Shown: in pieces, positions 59,404 to 64,000 of the stretch
Numbering within the stretch: the first letter of the stretch is position 1
Layout of the letters: each line of letters begins with the position of its first letter
Assembly (NCBI GenBank): GCA_038205115.1
Contig: JBBRCE010000022.1
Location: forward strand, 7,338-71,337
Length of the DNA: 64,000 nucleotides
Direction of reading: 5' to 3'
Source: Pirellulales bacterium
GTDB taxonomy: Bacteria; Planctomycetota; Planctomycetia; Pirellulales; JBBRCE01
Notes under the pieces: generated by a model
The model's database searches: none
The model's input: only the letters and a program-made list of their open reading frames with translations
What the model was told of the DNA's origin: nothing
Position numbers and translations under genes: made by a program

Positions 59404-59765
59404 GGCGTGGCGTATCCCAGGCAAGAAGTGCGGGCCAAAGTGAAAGCGTGTGACTGCTATTATGCCCCGGTTCTGGCTGGCTGGAAACAAGTATTCCGCA
59501 ACAACTCCAGAGACAGTCGACGCTTGCAGTCGTTCAACAACGCGCGGCAACGTCGTCCACGCTGGCACTCACGCTTCGCAACGCACGTCAAGATCGTTAA
59601 AACCGGCAAGGTCGGTAGGTTACGCCCGAAGATTATCGGGCAGGGACCGAGATTTGCTAATGAATTTCGCGCTCGATGTTTGCCTTCGGGCAACCAAAGT
59701 AATAGAGTTGAGGTTGGAGAGATTCAGCCGACTGACGTGCATCTTTGATAGAAGGAACCTTTGCC

Positions 59766-60398
59766 ATGAATCGTTTGTTTACCTTATCGACTGCGTTCTT
59801 AATGACGCTCGGCGGAACAATGGCCAACGCTTGCGACTGCAACCGTCCAACAGTTGCCGCGTACGCTCCCGTTGCCGCTTACGCGCCGGCTTATTCTGCT
59901 CCGGCTCAAGCTTATGCGGCGCCGGCCACCACGGCTTACTTCGCGCCATCGACTTACAGCCAATCACCGCTTGCCGGGCAACTGACGCAAACCACCGCCA
60001 ATTATGCACCGACAGCTTACACGTCCGCTCCGGCTTACACGGCCGCTCCGGCGTACTCGGCGCCGGTTACCACGTATTACGCTCAATCCGCGGTGCCAGT
60101 CAGCAGTTACTACGAGCCGACCGTCACGCCGGTCAGTTCGTTTTACGCGCCGGTCTCCACTCCGGTCACGGCGTATTACGCACCAACCGTATCGACGCCA
60201 GTCACCAGCTATTACGCGCCAGCTCCGGTGACCAGCTACTACGCTCCCACGCCTGTGACCAGCTATTACGCGGCGACTCCGGTAACGAGTTATTACGCAC
60301 CGACGGTCGTTGCCGCGCCTGTCGTGGTTGGTCGCCCCGCGTACGTCCGCCAAAAAGTCGTTGTGCCTGGCGAACCGGTCCGCAACCTGTTCCGGTAA
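59766..60398 (+). CDS. secreted Tyr/Thr/Val/Pro/Ala-rich repeat protein (YTV-like)
   Basis: ORF trimmed to MNRLFTLSTAFLMTLGGTMANA, with GAAGGAA upstream. PVTSYYAP-type repeats are present. The C-terminal tail is RPAYVRQKVVVPGEPVRNLFR. Confidence 0.7.
   Translation: MNRLFTLSTAFLMTLGGTMANACDCNRPTVAAYAPVAAYAPAYSAPAQAYAAPATTAYFAPSTYSQSPLAGQLTQTTANYAPTAYTSAPAYTAAPAYSAPVTTYYAQSAVPVSSYYEPTVTPVSSFYAPVSTPVTAYYAPTVSTPVTSYYAPAPVTSYYAPTPVTSYYAATPVTSYYAPTVVAAPVVVGRPAYVRQKVVVPGEPVRNLFR
60198..60305 (+). repeat. 27-nt tandem repeat x4 encoding P-V-T-S-Y-Y-A-x-x
   Basis: Units start at 60198, 60225, 60252 and 60279. More degenerate copies lie upstream. Confidence 0.9.
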
Positions 60399-60406
60399 TC
60401 GCGCCG

Positions 60407-61516
60407 TTAGCCGATAGCCGCCAGCGCCTCGTCGAATTGCGACAGGCGAAACTGGCGGGCGACCTGCGGAAACGCTGAATCCGAAATGACAACATCCGCG
60501 ACGCGAGCGAGAGCTGGCGTCGCGGTGTTTTCTTGCGCCTCGACCAGGATTCGGCACTCTGCCTGTCGCGAAAAATTGTCGTCACCGCCCGAAAATAAGA
60601 TTTCGATCTCGGGCTGCGACGAACTCGTAACATTTACGCTTAACCGCTGGATTAGTGGATCGACAGCCGCGGTGCGCCCGATGATACGCACAGCCAAGTC
60701 ATCAATGCCGCGCTTCACCACGCCATTGCGGCAGCGTGTGAGTCGGCCGCGCCGCAAGAAGTAAGGGACGTTCGGCCCTTCACGCCAACTGCGCGGCGCG
60801 CTTGGATCGCGCGGATGCCAAAGATGAAAGCTATTGGTCCAGCGCAGAATACTTTCCAACCGCACGCCCGATTTCTTCAATCGCTGGCCTAAGTCGTCGT
60901 CTTCGCAGCCCCAGCCACGATAGTTTTCGTCAAAACCGTTCACGCGCAAAAAATCGCTACGCCAGATGCCGACGTTGTTGCTGACCAGTTTCGGCTTTTT
61001 GGGGTGGCGCAAAAACGTGTACAGCCGCGCATGGCGATCGGCCCGCGTGAGCCGCCGCCGTTCTTTGCCGCTGTTCCAAACCACAAATTCTTGCGGCTCG
61101 ATTGGCGCTTCGCTCACCTGCTGCGTCACATCTTGCTCCAAGCGGCAGCAATCGCCCAGCATCGCGACGCCCGGTTTTCGCTGGGCCAAATGCGCGGCCA
61201 CGTGATCCGGCGGCAAAACGCAATCGCCATCCAGCAGCAATAGGTATTCGCCGCTGGTGGCAGTCACGCCTTCGTTGCGGCAACGCGCGGGGTGAAACTC
61301 GCCATGCGGATGCGTGGTGAAATGCACCGGAAAATTCACTTCGCGCCGAAACGCCTCGACAATCTGCGGCGTCTCGTCGGTCGAACCATCGTCGGTCACC
61401 ACCAATTCCATCCGCTCGCGCACACCTTGCTGCATGGCAATCGAACGCAGCGCCCGTCGCAAGTGCCAGGGCTTTTGATAGGTGGTCAGCAGCAGCGTAA
61501 TGTCGGGCAATGGCAT
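60407..61516 (-). CDS. family 2 glycosyltransferase
   Basis: ITLLLTTYQKP...LVVTDDGSTDET...LLLDGDCV (DxD) make up the GT2 core, followed by a C-terminal extension. Confidence 0.8.
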   Translation of the reverse strand: MPLPDITLLLTTYQKPWHLRRALRSIAMQQGVRERMELVVTDDGSTDETPQIVEAFRREVNFPVHFTTHPHGEFHPARCRNEGVTATSGEYLLLLDGDCVLPPDHVAAHLAQRKPGVAMLGDCCRLEQDVTQQVSEAPIEPQEFVVWNSGKERRRLTRADRHARLYTFLRHPKKPKLVSNNVGIWRSDFLRVNGFDENYRGWGCEDDDLGQRLKKSGVRLESILRWTNSFHLWHPRDPSAPRSWREGPNVPYFLRRGRLTRCRNGVVKRGIDDLAVRIIGRTAAVDPLIQRLSVNVTSSSQPEIEILFSGGDDNFSRQAECRILVEAQENTATPALARVADVVISDSAFPQVARQFRLSQFDEALAAIG

Positions 61517-61562
61517 GACGTCGAATTTTGAATCTGCAGATATAAAACGAGTTCAAACGATT

Positions 61563-62450
61563 TCAGGCGGCGCTGCGTGAAACTCTCGGCGGCGATGCGG
61601 ACGTTGCCGATATCGCGGCGGACGATTCGCACGAGAGTTGGTCGCCAGCCGCCTGAGCTTCCGGATTCGGTTGCGGCCGTGCGCGCGTCAACGCCCACAA
61701 CTTGGCTTGTTTGACAAAGCCCATGAAGGCCGTCAGCCAGCAGATTTGCAAGCCGGGCAGTCCATCCAAAAAACCCAGCCGCAGCACGTAGAGTTGCAAA
61801 AAACGCAGCGGCGGCCGGCCGATCATGCTGCCCAGTGTCGCCCGCCGACCGCGGTCGCGCATGTCCAAGGCAGATAGCGTGGTGTAATGGTCGAACTTGC
61901 GAAAGTACTGCTCGTAGGTCCAGACGGTGTAATGCACCAGTTCTTGCCGCAGCCTGCCTGCCCGCGCCGCCGGCACGGCAATTTCTTCATGCACGCGGCG
62001 ATTGGTGTACCGACAAACGTCGCGGCGAATCAGCCGAAACACCGCGTCGCTGTTCCAGCCGCAATGGCGAATTCGGTAACCCATGAAATGATTTTGCCGG
62101 CCGATCCACCAACCATCGACATGGCTCGTATCGCCCGCCAGCGTGGCGCGAATTTCCACTGCCAGCTCAGGCGAGATTCGTTCGTCGGCATCCAAGATCA
62201 ACACCCAGACGTGCTGCGCTTGCGGAATGGCCCAATTTTTGAAATCGCTGAAGTCCGTAAACGGCCGCTCGATCACGCGGCATCCACCCATCGCCGCCAC
62301 AATCGCCAGCGTATCATCGGTCGAGCCCGAATCGGCAATCAGCACTTCGTCGGCAATCAACCGGGCCGATTCGATGCACCGGCGGATGTTCAGGCGCTCG
62401 TTCTTGCAAGGGATCAACACCGTCAGCTTGGCAGACATCGCTGGCATCAC
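61563..62450 (-). CDS. family 2 glycosyltransferase
   Basis: LTVLIPCKNE...IADSGSTDDT...VLILDADE form the GT2 core. Confidence 0.8.
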   Translation of the reverse strand: MMPAMSAKLTVLIPCKNERLNIRRCIESARLIADEVLIADSGSTDDTLAIVAAMGGCRVIERPFTDFSDFKNWAIPQAQHVWVLILDADERISPELAVEIRATLAGDTSHVDGWWIGRQNHFMGYRIRHCGWNSDAVFRLIRRDVCRYTNRRVHEEIAVPAARAGRLRQELVHYTVWTYEQYFRKFDHYTTLSALDMRDRGRRATLGSMIGRPPLRFLQLYVLRLGFLDGLPGLQICWLTAFMGFVKQAKLWALTRARPQPNPEAQAAGDQLSCESSAAISATSASPPRVSRSAA

Positions 62451-63016
62451 CTCGTAAGCTTAATCCGAAATATCGACCCGCCGACTAGCGGTTCTCAGGC
62501 GAGGAGAATAACGCATATGCTCGCTGCCAAGCAAGATCAGCCGATGCTAGCAGTTTGCCGAGCGCTCACTGCGGACGCGATTGTAGCGATTAGCAAAACT
62601 TCCGCCCGCGCGCTAGTCTTGGCCGGAAATCTCTCGCACGCGGCGACCGTCAGCACGCGAAAAACTGTTTCCACCGTCATACAAAGATTCACCCCTACGA
62701 CCGTAGCTTACCGAAATTGAACGTGTGGGACGAAACCGACGTAAGTGGCGATCGCAAACCGCTCGCTGCTCGCCTTCCGTGTCTGCCCACAACCGCGCCA
62801 TTCGCTCCGCGTCAATGGCCGACCTGCCTGCTCAACCTACATGATGTTTGCCGCACTGCCTGGTTGATGGGTTGGCTGCACTGCACTGTTCACAGCCGTC
62901 CATCCACCACCCTACCTTGAGGCGGACCGCCGCCTGTTCGCGTCTCACGTTTCGTCGCCCTCGACCGGCGCGCGCTTCGTGAGCGCATCTCACGCTTTGC
63001 CAAAGGAGCCTAATCG

Positions 63017-63358
63017 ATGTCTCGAAAACAAACCGTGTTTGCGCTGTGGGCGTCAGCCCTGGTGATGATCCTGCTGGCGCTCGCCGATATGGCGCACGCC
63101 GCCGATTACTGCGGCCCGGGCTCGAATCCGGACTTGTTCTACAACTACTACGTTGGCGCGGTTCCCTGCGGCAACAGCGGCGCGGTTGGCGCGGCGTTAT
63201 ATCCGGCGCCGTACCCAGTGCCGCAGCGTGTGGGTTGGACCTACATCACCTACCAACCGCTGCTGCCGCAAGAGTTCTTGTATCAGCACAACCGCACCTA
63301 CTATCGCTACAACGGCCCGCACAATGGCCTGACCGAAACCATTGTTAAATGGCACTAA
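63017..63358 (+). CDS. small secreted aromatic-rich protein, function unknown
   Basis: AAAGGAG lies upstream. Signal peptide ...LLALADMAHA. The mature part is rich in Tyr, Pro and Asn. Confidence 0.6.
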   Translation: MSRKQTVFALWASALVMILLALADMAHAADYCGPGSNPDLFYNYYVGAVPCGNSGAVGAALYPAPYPVPQRVGWTYITYQPLLPQEFLYQHNRTYYRYNGPHNGLTETIVKWH

Positions 63359-63447
63359 ACTGTCGCTCCGTATCAACACAGTCCGCGGCCGGCTTGGCGC
63401 ACCCGCTCCTTGTGTCAAGCCGGCCGCTTAAATCGAAGGAACATCGC

Positions 63448-63822
63448 ATGAAACGATTTTTGCTGACGGTGGCGGCCGCTCTGGCTATGTCGGTCGCCGG
63501 CAGCGCGGCGCAGGCTGCGTTTCCGGTTGACGACGCGCCCACCGTGATCCGCAGCTACCGCATGCCGTGGCACAACGCCTATTACGATCCCGCGGTAGGC
63601 GTGCCGATGGCGCTGGTGGTTCCGCCCACCGCCGAATTCCAATCCAACTACGGTTGGGGCGTTGGCGGCACGCGCACCTCGCGCATCTACCACCAGTTCG
63701 GTCGCAGCTATCCGGGCGACGGCGGCAGCTACGGCGGCTTTACGCCCACGCCCAACATCCCCAGCGACACCCAACAGTTTGGAGTGTATTACGTCCGCGG
63801 CCCCTGGGGAACGTATCGCTAG
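63448..63822 (+). CDS. small secreted Gly/Tyr/Pro-rich protein, function unknown
   Basis: ORF trimmed to MKRFLLTVAAALAMSVAGSAAQA, with GAAGGA upstream. The C-terminus is ...QQFGVYYVRGPWGTYR. Confidence 0.6.
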   Translation: MKRFLLTVAAALAMSVAGSAAQAAFPVDDAPTVIRSYRMPWHNAYYDPAVGVPMALVVPPTAEFQSNYGWGVGGTRTSRIYHQFGRSYPGDGGSYGGFTPTPNIPSDTQQFGVYYVRGPWGTYR

Positions 63823-64000
63823 TTTGCAATGGCAACGCAGCAGTTGTGTCGCCAAACTCAACGCTTGCATTGAACTCGCCGCAGCGCGGATGTTTGTCGC
63901 ATGACATCCCGACTGCGGCGATTCTTTTTTGACGCTGCCCATTCGTCGACGCGCCGACGCCAAAACCGCGGCCATCTCCGACGCCCCGCTCAATCGTGCG

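Overview
This 64-kb window is a gene-dense chromosomal segment, roughly 57-60% GC by eye. Its gene content is typical of a Planctomycetota (Pirellulales-like) genome. Hallmarks are two PSCyt/DUF1549/DUF1553 + DUF1501 gene pairs, a DUF1559 'H-X9-DG' pseudopilin, a sulfatase, an ECF sigma/Ser-Thr kinase pair, a YTV-like Tyr-rich repeat protein and many Zn-ribbon or Pro-rich envelope proteins. These are interleaved with housekeeping genes: fabI, ispD, tyrS, rnpB, pdxJ, mnmA, floA, pyrF, purD and csrA. I support about 53 protein-coding loci, three of them disrupted, plus one RNase P RNA. I found no tRNA, rRNA, CRISPR array, transposase or integrase. The items most worth a second look:
1. A four-helix-bundle (rRNA-IVS-type) gene lies in a 596-bp cassette closed by long purine/pyrimidine inverted arms, flush between ispD and tyrS.
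2. A low-GC islet carries a decaying type II restriction-modification pair: a frameshifted methylase and a frameshifted, truncated nuclease.
3. That islet lies between two diverged, inversely oriented GAF-PAS-PilZ paralogs.
4. A TauE/SafE exporter gene contains a single in-frame TAG.
5. A long CsrA sits next to a 1.1-kb low-GC stretch with no credible ORF, rich in small hairpins and GCTAGC palindromes. By eye, that hexamer is concentrated in intergenic DNA across the window.
6. An envelope cluster contains a YTV-like repeat protein, two GT2 glycosyltransferases and two small aromatic-rich secreted proteins.
All family assignments come from motif recognition by eye, with no database search. Several start codons were moved inward from the supplied ORF track on the grounds stated per feature.
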